Of a DNA stretch of 64,000 nt, positions 35,377 to 47,856 are shown one piece after another. Location of the stretch: positions 116,819-180,818 of the forward strand of contig NMRA01000112.1 in the NCBI GenBank assembly GCA_002633005.1. The letters run 5' to 3'. Each line of letters starts with the position of its first letter. The first letter of the stretch is position 1. The notes beneath the pieces are model-generated. The model worked only from the letters and a program-made list of their open reading frames with translations. It was not told the origin of the DNA and searched no databases. The DNA comes from Phoronis australis. Lineage: Eukaryota > Animalia > Phoronida. Made by a program: the position numbers and the translations under genes.

Positions 35377-38300
35377 TTAGAATATGTATGGAAACACAGC
35401 TGCACGATTCTTGGGATATGTTTTGAATGTCTTCTTGTACCACTGGTGTGCAAAGTATCCAAGCCAGGTCTGGTTGACAAACACGAATATAAACATGGTT
35501 GCCATGGTCAGATTGGAGAACCCAGCAGTCGTCCAAATGGCTAAATAGGTCAGGATTTCGGCGAAATAGTGCGGACATGAGATGTAGTTGAACAGTCCAC
35601 CATGGGGTATCCTGTGCTGGTAACCAGTTACTTTCCCTGAGGATAGAAAGATGTTTTAGGTTGAAAACAATGTGTTTCGTTCTTGTCTGAGGTTTTAGGA
35701 AAAAAAAACACAGCAAGACTACTTTGCACTTTAAAAAACTGTTACTTCAAACGACAGTATTTATAATTGTTTGAAATATTGCAGAAATTGAAAATGACCA
35801 CACATTATTCATCAGTTAAAGAAATTTCGCATTCTTCAACTAGTTACAAATGACCAATAATTTTTTAATTATGCACTTATATTCTTAGATAATTGACATG
35901 AAAAACTACCTTTTCAAGCAAGATCCTGACAATGGAAATTCTAATTAAGCTCATCATTGACCACCACACCTAGCTCATCATTGACCACCACACCTAGCTC
36001 ATCATTGACCACCACACCTAGCTCATCATTAACCACCACACCTAGCCCATCACTGACCACCATACCTGAGCTCATTCTTCTAAGAATGCTGCATCACCTT
36101 AACATGGCCAGTGAAATGACTAACTAAAACGTCAAGCCAAAGCAAAAGGGCTATAGATTGGTGTAAATAGACCAATAGACTTAAGAAATGATACTACCAG
36201 CAGGTGAACAGAGAACATTTCAAAAAATCCCAATTTTTGATTGAAAAATCTAAAATTTATTCAGCACTTCTCAAAAATAGTTGAAAAGTTTCATCAAAAT
36301 CCACCTGGCTTCCTCAAAATTATTGTAAAAACCCAGAAGAAAAACAAATGAATGATTTTAATTAAATTGTCAAAAATATTCGAAATTTAATTTGGAAACT
36401 TTTGCTTTGAAATTTTGACGATTATCAAAAAGAGGAAATTTTGTAAACTTTTTTAAAAAAACTACTGTACTTATCAAGGCTTGGAATTTTCCGCGGAAAC
36501 GCAGATTTCCGCTTTTTTCAAATGTTCTGTCCGCGCATTTTATTATATTTCCGCGCAAAAAAAATCGGATTTGATATAAAATTTCTGCAGCAAATTCCTT
36601 TCTTACCGCGGCGTTGCCGACGACGTTCACCTCGAAAAGCGGAAGTTGCTCTTTATGTTTCGGAGGAACGTAAATTGTCAACATTGCCACGGCATCTGGG
36701 ATAGCGTGATGGGATTTTCAATGGCGTCTCGTGTGATTGTAAACCGCCGCGGTGACAAGTACTACGGCTCTGCAGCCAAAAATGTGTAGGGGTGGGAGTG
36801 GACGGACGAGCTAAAAAGACGCAGACGAATGCTACTGATGGTGGAAACATTTTTTTTTAGTCCTCCCGATTTTTGTCGGCGGCGAAAGGTTCACATCGAC
36901 TATTTAAAGGCTGGGTAGCGCGCATGTTTTGGGCCGTACAAGTTTCTGCGTTTTTTGTCATTGGTCATTCCAAGCCCTGACTTATCAAATTAGTCTTTTT
37001 TCTAATTAAGAACAAACCGTCTTTGTTTTTCCTCAGACTGGCAAATAAACGGTTAGTCTGGTTGTGGTAAAAGGATGCGATGAAAAACAAATTGATGCCA
37101 GCCAGATGACGAGCTTGGAAGAGGTTCAACTTGAGATCATACACTGAAAAACAACAGAAATCATTTCTTTAATACATGTGACAAGCCTTGTGTAGAATTA
37201 TGGGTAATTTTCACTTACAGAGCCATGTATTTACGAACCAGTTTTCTCCATTGAAAGTGGGAATAAAACTGGTTCGCAAGAACCACGACATCTGTAACTG
37301 AAAGTGACCATAACTGAAGTACGTAAACACAGATCATTTATGCCAAAGTCCATAACGATCCAAAACCATAAACAGTAGATCCCTACTTGGGTGTGGTATG
37401 GGTTCTGGTGAGCCATGCTTACTGGAGCTGGTTGGGTCAATTTACAAGGGATTGTCTGAAACAATTCTATGCTACAATCCTCAAACCCCAGTCTTAGACC
37501 AACAGTTACATGTTGAAAATGATTCACACATGGTCACCCAAGTGCTGAATTTAATTGCATTATATTTTTGACAGTAGGTCTTAATAAATTTTTAACTGAC
37601 CTAACTGCAGTCCTATGGATTAGACTTCTCAGTCCTCACTTAAGACTTCAAGTCCAGCATGCGTGTGGAGTTTAAATATTGCCTAAAAGTCCTAAATGGC
37701 CACAAAAATACAACAAAAAATCAACATCAACTCAAAGACAGATTTATAAGTTTCAGCCTTTGAACAAATCTCAAATATCTTACTAAAGATTACGTTGCAC
37801 ATTACTCACAAGTGTGTGCATTTAGCTGTCTAACATATTTAGAGTAAATAATCATTTTCTGAAAGTAGGATTTGATTTCGACTGACATTACCAATCTGTG
37901 GGTTGTGTGACTATGTCATTGACAGGAAATCTCTAAAACACAGCAACAGTTTAATTTTGTAATTTTCATTTTCAATTATTTCATGCTGTGCATTTTTAAA
38001 AAAAAAACAAAGACCGATTTTGGATGGACCCTCGTGAAAAAGTGAAATATTTTAAAAAAATCCTAAAAGTGCTTTATAGAACAGCAAACAAAACATAATA
38101 CCTGGGAGTTTCATATGAATCCAATCTGATCACTTCTCCGATACTGTGTTCCGAATTTAAACAAATTCAGACAAGTTCGTGCCAGGGTCCTACATAACCT
38201 GATATTGTATGAACACTTCACTGGCTTACACAGGGCTCGATATAACCTCAGATTTTTATTGGCAACCTGCTAAAGTATCAGGTCCGCAGGAAGTCACCGC

Positions 38301-41300
38301 GCACACATCTGATCATGTACTAATTAGCACATGAAGAAAAAAGATGGCATCTGAAAGATCATGCAACGTGTGTCGACCATGCGTTTCCTCATCTGGAGAG
38401 CCTGAACGGGATATACTGGGCCAGAGGGGGCGAGAATTGGTTGCGACGGGTCACTCCATTTTCTGTTCAACTAAGAAATAAAAAACGGCGTCCCAGCGTT
38501 CTTGGGCAATATTTGTTCACCAATATTTCACTTTCAGCTCTTTCTACCTCAAATCCATTACATAACTAGGGGCCAAAACTTTCACCCCCCCCCCCCTGTA
38601 CAACCNTGTCAAAGTGTCAAGCCTTGCTACATACCTTTACCATCCAACAATGGAGCCTCGGACAAGACGGCGAGTGGCACTGCAGTGTAGAATAGTACGC
38701 CCAGCAGGAAATGGAGGATGTTCATCGTCCCCTTGCTGTGGATGCTGACAAAGAGGGACTCCATGGTACGACGGTGCAGTTGAAACACCAACATGGTACA
38801 TGCCAGAATGGCAGATGTAGCAGCTGAAATAGTCACGTGATCAGCAGTGGGTTATTACACTGGTCCAGACAACCTACAAGTACCAACGGAGGCAGAGAAG
38901 TATCTTCAAGCAATCATGAAAACTAAATCGATTGTGATTATATGTACTCGTAAGATTCATGCTCCTCTCTTTAAACCTAGAGAAATTCTTCACTAGGCTA
39001 AGCATAAAATGGACATTTTCCATATTTTTTCAAAGGCTGGTTACCTTGCCACAAACCATGGGAACTTTACCCATGTCACGACATCTACACAGTACAAACC
39101 AGTCGAGACTAAAATTTTCTCAATCTTCACTTCTGAGGAGAACTTCTTCGAAGTACAATATCACTTGATGGCCATACTGTGTGCTTAAAAGGCAGTAAAT
39201 TAGACACTGTACATGAATTTTAAATCACACAAGAGTCCCAGACGGTAACAAAAATATACAGACAAAATGACCCAGAATTCCCCACCACGACAGCTAGGCG
39301 GAAAATAAATTCATCATCAGAGAAGTCTTCCTCAAAACAGAGAGTGAAGGAGAATTAACAAGAAGGTTAGAAATGTAGCTCAGCTAAAACATTCTGTAAT
39401 TAGAATTTTGCATCCCTGATAGTCATTACACGTAATTGTACTAACAGAACTAGTCGTCATGACAGGAAAACGACAATAATTTTGGCTGATTAATGTGTCT
39501 TCGATTGTACTTACAAGTGTTAACATCACTGGGCTGTAATATTACGTTTAATTCATCGAATATTTCTGGAGCTTTCACACCATAAAAATAGCTTCGCAGC
39601 ACGATTGCAAATATAGATGTATTCCAAAAGGCACCCCAAATGTAAAAATAAAGAAAGGCACTGAAATGAAATACACACAGTTGGAAAAGACGACCAAACT
39701 TGACAATGAAACTAACATGGTGAAATAAGCAAGCAATTCAATATACCAGTATCTGACTTTTCATTCCTAGGTACAAACTAATACAACACCAAAATAAATG
39801 TATCATGTATATTCAATTTGATTGGTTCTATACTTTCTAACTTTAGCAAACTCTCATTTACTCATCCACGAGTTTCCTTCAATAAACACTGGCTAGCGAA
39901 GTGTTATCGAGCATTCACAATCCAAACCAAAACAACACTTGTGCTACAGAGTAACCGAATCGACCAAGTACAAAATGATGAGAAATTTTATCCAAGACAA
40001 TGCCAGCTTCAAAACCACACCCCTTCCTCTCCATCACCAATTCTTTTGCTTACCCATTCAAGACAATGGATAAAACCAAACACCTAACACACTCCCTGAG
40101 AGGGCAAACACACTTACTAAAGCTGGCAATGCACCCTATCAACCCGTATAGGGTACTGCCATAAGAGTATTACATGTACTTCAACACGAGGGGTCAGCAA
40201 CCTACGGTCTGCGAGTCACCATAGGCCTACCAAAACTTTTAATGCATCCCAGCAATTGTCATCACACCATGAGTGGTAGAACCACACGTTTATTAAAATT
40301 AAATACCGGTACATTCATTAAAGCCGGCTGAAACCACACATTCAACTTTTGATTTTGACCACTTGCCGTTGTGATATTGGTATCCAATTGGTGCTTAGGC
40401 AAATTGGAGATGAGTTCAGGGCTTCAAAAGACATTTAAAATGACAGCAAGCCTGACTTCTAAAAGAAAACTAGTTGTCCAGATCACCAAGACTTTTAACA
40501 CACCAAATTTTACCAATAAGTGTTTGAGGCACAGAATGGATATGTGTTTGACAAGAAAAATTGTCGTCGAGATCCACCATGTAATTTACGAACGAAATGT
40601 CAGAGCTAGTTTACATCCACAGTTCACACATTTAAGATTTAGACAACCAATTTAATCAGGAATGTAAAGGATTAAAGAACTTCAGCAAAGGCCAAAGTTT
40701 AGTGAGAGGACAACTTGTTCTTTGGGGTTTCTAATAAAAGTGGTCAGGAGTAAATGGGTCCCTCTACAAGATGGATACTGGGAACAAGTTGACAACGAAT
40801 AACGGACAATGCCCAGTGAAAACTGATTCCCGGCAGCCATCATCAAGAGGGACCCGTTTACTCGATTTTTACCATGTTTCCTGGTTTCATAAAGATATTT
40901 TTCACTCAAAAGTTTCTCTGGCTCCCAATGATAACGTCCAGTCGGCAAGAGGTTATAAATCACTTTGGTCAAGCAATACTTGATCCCAGTACCTTGTACC
41001 ACAGAGCAATCACCACAGTCTAGGCATATTAGGCTCTGTGGCATGATACAGGCAGTTGTGCTGTGCTCGAAATTATGCTTAAACCCATGTCGCGTGCACT
41101 TGGAATGCATGAGAAAAGTTGTTCACGCACCCACGATGGGGGAGCTCAAATTTTAAGAATGTGTACCTTTGACTAAAAAATTAGGTAGTCCCCGTCTTTT
41201 TAATGGACTTTTGACATTGTCCAGTTTCATACTTTTCCGGTCTTTTTGTTTCACTGAGGCGGACCTTTTTGTCCCCTTCGCAAAACGGGAGACTCGTTCG

Positions 41301-41619
41301 AGCTCCCTGAGCCCCCCCTCTCCCAACTCCAGCCCCTGGGTGCGCGCATGGAGACAGTGAACTAAAGTGAAGTAAGAACGGGATCGGGATGGAACTGGAA
41401 GTTGAACTTCCACTTTCCAGGCTTCCGCTGAGAATACCTTTTTGGAACCTCAATAAAATTGATTATTTTCCAAGTCGATTGTTGACCTGGCTTCACTTTG
41501 CCATAAAGGAAAAGTTCTGTGAACCAAACAGGAACCGGGGCATACACTTTGAGCAAGCCGGCAATGATGAAGACGATATAAATGACGGTGAAAAGTGAAA
41601 TTATTGCAGCACTCGCCAT
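35377..41619 (-). CDS. SRD5A3: Polyprenol reductase / steroid 5-alpha-reductase 3, 5 exons
   Basis: Exons 41619-41438 (LYGK..EVPK), 39660-39515 (SAFLYFYIWGAFWN), 38823-38635 (HRRTMESLFVSIHSKGTMNILHFLLGVLFY), 37143-37018 (FASLRKNKD), 35636-35377 (HRIPHGGLFNYISCPHYFAEIL...AHQWYKKTFKTYPKNRAAVFPYIF*). Phases 2,1,1,1 are consistent. Confidence 0.93.
35948..36075. repeat. 24-bp minisatellite, about 5 copies
   Basis: AGCTCATCATTGACCACCACACCT repeated. Confidence 0.9.
36475..36979. mobile_element. GC-rich TIR MITE (hAT/P-like CA..TG ends) in SRD5A3 intron 4
   Basis: CAAGGCTTGGAAT ... ATTCCAAGCCCTG, flanked by direct repeat ACTTAT(CA). Confidence 0.7.
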
Positions 41620-44612
41620 GTTGCCGGTGTGTCTTTCCGGAAGTTTTCTTGACAGCGCCGTCTGCAGGACAAAAGAGGAAAGGAGGCGCTTTTTTCACGT
41701 GCCGATGCGAGGTTGAGTTCCCCCGTAGGCCTATACCAGATCAAAACACTTAGAAGAAAGCAGTATGATGACATGTAATGCATGGTGATATCTCATAATA
41801 ATATGCATGATTTTACTTTGCCGTGATTGCTAGCAGCAGAGTCTCACCGTGTTGGTTCGAGGTTCCGCGACTGTTGACCAGACACTCATGCCGGAGCCCC
41901 CGCCGATCAGAACAGACCAAAAATTTAATGAAATCTCAAGAGCATGAAAAATTCACTCCAGTTGAATTTTATCACCTGTTTGAACATTAATAAATTCCTC
42001 ACTCATGGTTATTTCGATCCGGGATGTAAAATTACTGAATTATGGCTGCAAAATCAGGCTTTACTGCAGAATGATGAAATAGTATCAATCTTCCTTGTAT
42101 CATAAACTCGAGTGAACTCGAACTTCAAATGACCCACTAGTGTCGTGAGTACTCTTCATATCTATATTTTTCAGTTTCATGTAGCGCCAACGAAACTTTG
42201 AAAATCGACCGCAATGTACAATGACTGCCCTTTATATCGGTTATGGCAAAAAAAAGCGGTTCGAAGTGGTTACAAGAAAAGTTGTTCTAGCTCAATTTTT
42301 TAGTGTCATTCTCTTGGCTCCCCCTGATCACACCCACCAATTAATGCAAGCCTGCCAGACGGCCATTTCCGCAACAGAGCACTGTGGCACCAATGAGAAA
42401 TTAGTTACATTTTCTACCAAAAAACTCTGCCCACACGAGCCCAGGTATCACGAATGAACAATGCCAGACAACGGGTGGGTTAGCCCCGCCAGATACGTTC
42501 ATAGACCTAAGTTGAGCTAAATCAACCCACCAGGTAACCGTTTGAAACCAGTCGTCTGATGTTCAGCATCACTGCACGTGGCCTACAACAGTAAGATGCC
42601 CCAATCAGACAAATAAGTCGAAACATAATTGATTATAAGCCCATTCACAATGAATAAGCATGAGAAACCAGCCACTGAGTCCGTACGACATAGGTTACCA
42701 CACAAGGTGAATGATTTTTGTCCGCAAGCTTACGTCAGGGCATGAACTGAGCCAGAAACATCGCGCCTGATGTTGCAGCGATCTCACTAGTCGATTTATA
42801 CGACAATAGCGGAATACTTAACATGATTCACTATTAAAAACAAAACCCTAAAACCCTGTCCGAGACGGATAGCACATTTTCACGAATTTCGGTTTTCCTT
42901 GTCCTATTTTACCAGTCTAAGCTGTGTCCCTCTGTTTTCGGACGAGTCATTTGATGCAACGCTAAAATTAAGGAATAATAATCAAAATGATAATAATCAA
43001 AATGCCGTCTTTTGCGCAGAGTCCGTTATTGTCACGCCGTGACAATAATCTTTCTAGTTTCATTTGCACGACACTGATATGCGGGCAATGGAACTGTTCG
43101 TTTTTTGTCTTTATAGTGAATATAAAACACGTTGGAATTAATTATTCATAGATTTTCTTTATGGTGCTCAGTCTCCGTGGCGACGGCCGGCCCGGGCATC
43201 CACATTGGGGGATAGGGGTTGCAGTTGAATTAAATAAAGATTCTAGTTTATGCTTCACCTTGTTATTAGTACAGTCCCGTAGCGGGGGGTGGTTCAGAAA
43301 AGGTCCAGCCCCAGCATGTTCGTTAGACATGGGATATGAATGGACAATAACAACAAAATTGTTGCATCTACTGGTGCTCTTTCAGTGTTTATTCGTGATA
43401 CCTGGGCTCACGGTGGATATTTTGTAACTGGTTTCACGCGGTTGCCTCTTGGATTGATCTAGCTCAAAATTTTTACCTTGTTGTTTATAACCGTCTGGCT
43501 GATACTCCCCACCACTGAAATTGTCTGGCAATGGCCAATTTTGAAACAGTGGATTACGTAGTAGGTATCCAAGTCAGTTTGAAGCCATTGCCAGAAAAGT
43601 TGATCTAGCTCAATTTTTGAGTGTCATTCTCTTGGCTCCCCTGACCACACCCACCAGAGCGAGCCTGCCAGACGACCATTTTCAAGCATCAGGATACCCA
43701 TAGAGCACTGTGTCACCAAAGAAAATTGGTTACCTTTTCATGCCCAAAAAGCTTTGTGATCCCGGTCTACTACTAACTCTTGTCAGGTTTATCGCCGGGT
43801 AAATGTCCTGGACCAAAAGTTACTGTTTACGCGGGAAGGCGAGTGCTGTTCGGTATGAAATGGATAGACCTACTTAAAAAAATTCTGACCTCAGATAACA
43901 CCAGTTTTAAATTATGAACCCATCACAGCTAAACGTCAGCATGATACAAACTCCTATGTGCACGAGGAAGTGATTTCCCGAAAGAACTCGGGGGCGCCGG
44001 GTGCAACCCCAGCACTGAGTCGTGGCATGCACGTCTAACGCTTTGCAACGCATGAGTCTAGTGGAACTAATCCCAAACTCGATAAATGACAGAGCTAAGG
44101 CAGCATTTCTCCTATATCTGGCTAAATGAGCTCGAATTATGTTGTAAAAGGATTCGCGCTATTTTCGAATTCGCAATTTTAGGGTTGGCAAAAAAAGTCA
44201 ATTTCTGTAGCGTCGGCAGCCTGGTTCTGTTTCCACCGACTGAATTTGTCTGCACCTGTCCAACCTCCAGCGGCCGATCGAGTCAAGTAAACGTACCTTA
44301 GTGACTCACTCTAGGTCAACTGGTGTATTTATATAAACTGAATATAAAAAGCGTTCCCTTGCAACTTTAATAGGCGTAACAATGAATGAGACCAAAAGCT
44401 CATTGTCGTAGATCAGAAAGTCTGAGTTCCCGATAGTTGGCTTTGCGCTTGTGACTACTAAACAACGGTAACTCATGACAGGGATGCACAAACCGGATTT
44501 GGCGAACTTGAGGTATCCAGTTACCCCAGTCGCTAAGTTGTATATATCTCTGCTAACTCGACTACGACAAATCGTACGCAATGTTCTTCTAGTGTGCTCA
44601 AGATGATAGGCN

Positions 44613-45298
44613 CTGCAGAATGATGAAATAGCCTATCAATCTTCCTTGTATCATAAACTCGAGTGAACTCGAACTTCAAATGACCCACTAGTGTCGTGAG
44701 TACTCTTCATATCTATATTTTTCAGTTTCATGTAGCGCCAACGAAACTTTGAAAATCGACCGCAATGTACAATGACTGCCCTTTATATCGGTTATGGCAA
44801 AAATGTCGATTAAAAAGATATTAACTTAAAGCGGTTCGAAGTGGTTACAAGAAAAGTTGTTCTAGCTCAATTTTTTAGTGTCATTCTCTTGGCTCCCCCT
44901 GATCACACCCACCAATTAATGCAAACCTGCCAGACGGCCATTTCCGCAACAGAGCAGCGGCCGATCGAGTCAAGTAAACGTACCTTAGTGACTCACTCTA
45001 GGTCAACTGGTGTATTTATATAAACTGAATATAAAAAGCGTTCCCTTGCAACTTTAATAGGCGTAACAATGAATGAGACCAAAAGCTCATTGTCGTAGAT
45101 CAGAAAGTCTGAGTTCCCGATAGTTGGCTTTGCGCTTGTGACTACTAAACAACGGTAACTCACGACAGGGATGCACAAACCGGATTTGTCGAACTTGAGG
45201 TATCCAGTTACCCCAGTTGCTAAGTTGTATATATCTCTGCTAACTCGACTACGACAAATCGTACGCAATGTTCTTCTAGTGTGCTCAAGATGATAGGC
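44613..45298 (+). repeat. Duplicate of 42064-42381 fused to a duplicate of ~44269-44611; probable alternative haplotype lacking ~1.9 kb
   Basis: Starts right after the N at 44612 and matches both earlier blocks almost exactly. Confidence 0.85.
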
Positions 45299-45305
45299 GT
45301 CCTGG

Positions 45306-45385
45306 CATTACCCAGTGGGCCCTTGCCCATTGTATTACCCAGTGGGCCCCTGCCCATTGCATTACCCAGTGGGCCCCTGCCCATT
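45306..45385. repeat. 27-bp tandem repeat, 3 copies
   Basis: CATTACCCAGTGGGCCCCTGCCCATTG units. Confidence 0.85.
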
Positions 45386-46779
45386 TTTAGACCGGGACAT
45401 CATTACTGATAGAGATGGCCACTTACTACAGAGAAAGACACGGAAATGTAAAACATACCATACGAGAATATATGCAAGACGTAATTTTAATTACGTCTTG
45501 CATATATTCTGTTGTGGTTGCTCGGGCCTAAATGCGGGTATATTCCGACAATGAATGTGACCATGGTGACCGACATTTAAGTCGGTTAAATAAGCATTTT
45601 TTTCTGTTCAATCGTCTATGTTTTCAGCAAACTCATTGGTCAATACTTGCAACGTTCACCCAATAAACTGTATATAATAAATCATTTCACCATGCAGTAA
45701 ATTTCAGTTTCGACGATATAAGTCAGTCTTGGAGTTAATTGCGGCAAACATGAGTGAGCGAGTCTACCTCAAATCAGATGAATTAGGATAATGAAAATTA
45801 ATCCTTTACGTCAAAAATACATCGAGAGCTTTTATTATAATTCACCCATTAGCTGTTACATAATCCCCCGTGGTGTTGACGGATCAAATTAGGCATTCTG
45901 TTGAGTATTTTTCGGTGAGAAGTCTGTGGTTATGTAATAGGATTTTGATGCCGGATTAGGCAGGGAGGGGAAATGCCCCATATTCCACTTTGAAGCCTAC
46001 AATGTTGCAAAGCTTTGGGGAGCATGCCTTCGGACTTTTCCACCACACCCGCTTTTAAACTCCGTTCCCGGCCAGAGACTTTGGTAACTAACCAGCCACT
46101 AGTTTGATTAGGTTGAAGAATACAACCACTCAAATTTCAATTATGCTTGAATAATATATGGTGACGTACCTGCTAGGTTTTATTCTCTTTAGATGTTTTC
46201 GGTCTTCAGCGTTTAATTCGTTAGCCAACAACGTCGGACCAAGCAGACGCAACATCAGCCAATCATGGTTCACGGTAACGTTGTAATATTTTATGTACTA
46301 TGAACACTACGTTTAGCCTGGCAAAAGAGACTGCCGGTTTCATCATACATGAGCTTATTTACAGACATCACGGCGTTTTCCCGTTGATCCCAACTTGTTC
46401 GATATTCTATAGTCCTGAGAACAAGTTGGGAAGAACACTCCTCAGTCACGGTAGCCAATATCTTACACGACTGATATCTCCATTTTGGCATTTATGGTTG
46501 GAGGGCCAGCTCTTGCCTTCGATAATTGATATAATCTCCAGTAAGATCATATCTAGCCTAACTGGGCTGTGCTGATAAAAATAAAAGTAAGTTATAACAT
46601 ATTTGAACATAACCAGGCATTTTTTACAGTGAAATCCTTGTCAAATGGTGATCATGTTCACTATGAGAACTTACAAACTTTGGCCCAAGTTATTGGGATT
46701 GGTTTCTATAACAAATCATCATCATATAGACAAAATGATTGAAAATGTCACGTTCACAAAGTCCCTGTGTAGGTATTTT

Positions 46780-47382
46780 TACGGTGGCCCAAAAGTATCA
46801 TCGCTATTTTAGTTTATGAATTTTTTTTTTCTTTTCCACCTAGGTGGAAATTATTTTCACCCGGGTGGAAACTATTTCAACCTAGGTGGAAATTGTTTTC
46901 ACCCAGGTGAAAATTATTTCAACCTAAGTGGAAATTATTCTCGCCCGGGTGGAAATTATTTCAACCTAGGTGGAAATTATTTTCACCCGGGTGGAAATTA
47001 TTTTCACCCGGATGGAAATTATTTCAACCTAGGTGAAAATAATTTCTACCCAGGTGAAAATAATTTCCACCTAGGTTGAAATAGTTTCCACCCGGGTGAA
47101 AATAGCTTCCACCCAGGTGAAAATAGTTTCCACCCAGGTGGAAATAGTTTCCACCCAGGTGGAAATAGTTTCCACCTAGGTTGAAATAGTTTCCACCCGG
47201 GTGAAAATAGTTTCCACCCGGGTGGAAATTGTTTTCACCCAGGTGAAAATAGTTTCCACCGGGGTGAAAATAGTTTCCACCCAGGTGAAAATAGTTTCCA
47301 CCTAGGTTGAATTATTTCCACCTAGGTGGAAAATGAAAAAATAATTAAACTATAGTAGCGATGATACTTTTGGGCCACCGTA
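46780..47382. mobile_element. Foldback MITE with TAY..RTA ends and 6-bp TSD (IS3EU-like), filled with an inverted 21-bp minisatellite
   Basis: TATTTT|TACGGTGGCCCAAAAGTATCATCGCTA ... TAGCGATGATACTTTTGGGCCACCGTA|TATTTT; internal TTTCCACCYRGGTGRAAATAG units switch orientation near the centre. Confidence 0.85.
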
Positions 47383-47439
47383 TATTTTAGTATAAAAAGC
47401 TTTGTTCCCACTGTAACGTCTCTATCACAGGCGTGATGT

Positions 47440-47856
47440 CTAAGGTCTCTATCCGTGACGTCATCTTGTGAGACCCGGGAACCAGGCGTGCGTTCAGTAG
47501 ACGCTAGAACCTACGCAAGGAATTAACTAAAACCTAGTCAAGGTCACGTGCTCTCACTTAAAAAGCACGGCAATATCTCACCTAATCTCGCAAAGTCTTA
47601 CTTTTGAGCGAGGTCCTGGCGTTACTGAACGGGAGGCAGGTCTCTAGGAACCAGTTACTGGTTCCCAGCTATGAAAACGTGCGAGATATTTACATGTCAC
47701 GTGGTTTAATTGTTTCGACCAGCGCCACCTCTTGGATACCTTCCTGGCATCGTGTTCAACTCATTTCCTGGAAGAGTTAGTTAGGTTGCAGCGTTGGTTG
47801 CAGTTTAGTGGCTTCGGCTAGTGAACGGCGGTTGTAGTGCTCGCATTTCTATTCAG
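47440..47856 (+). promoter_or_regulatory. CpG-enriched promoter and probable non-coding first exon ending at the donor CAG|GTGAGT (47857)
   Basis: Local CpG enrichment, two TCACGTG E-boxes (~47544, ~47697), TTCCTGGAA (~47765), consensus donor. Confidence 0.45.

Noticed and set aside
35294-35716. 140-aa minus-strand ORF
   Set aside because: Alternative frame overlapping the real SRD5A3 last exon.
44306-45268. Two near-identical 91-aa ORFs suggesting a tandem gene pair
   Set aside because: Both lie in the haplotype-like duplication around N44612, with no family motif or splice support.
46816-47079. ORF with GGNYFHP repeats
   Set aside because: It is the translation of the 21-bp minisatellite inside a MITE.
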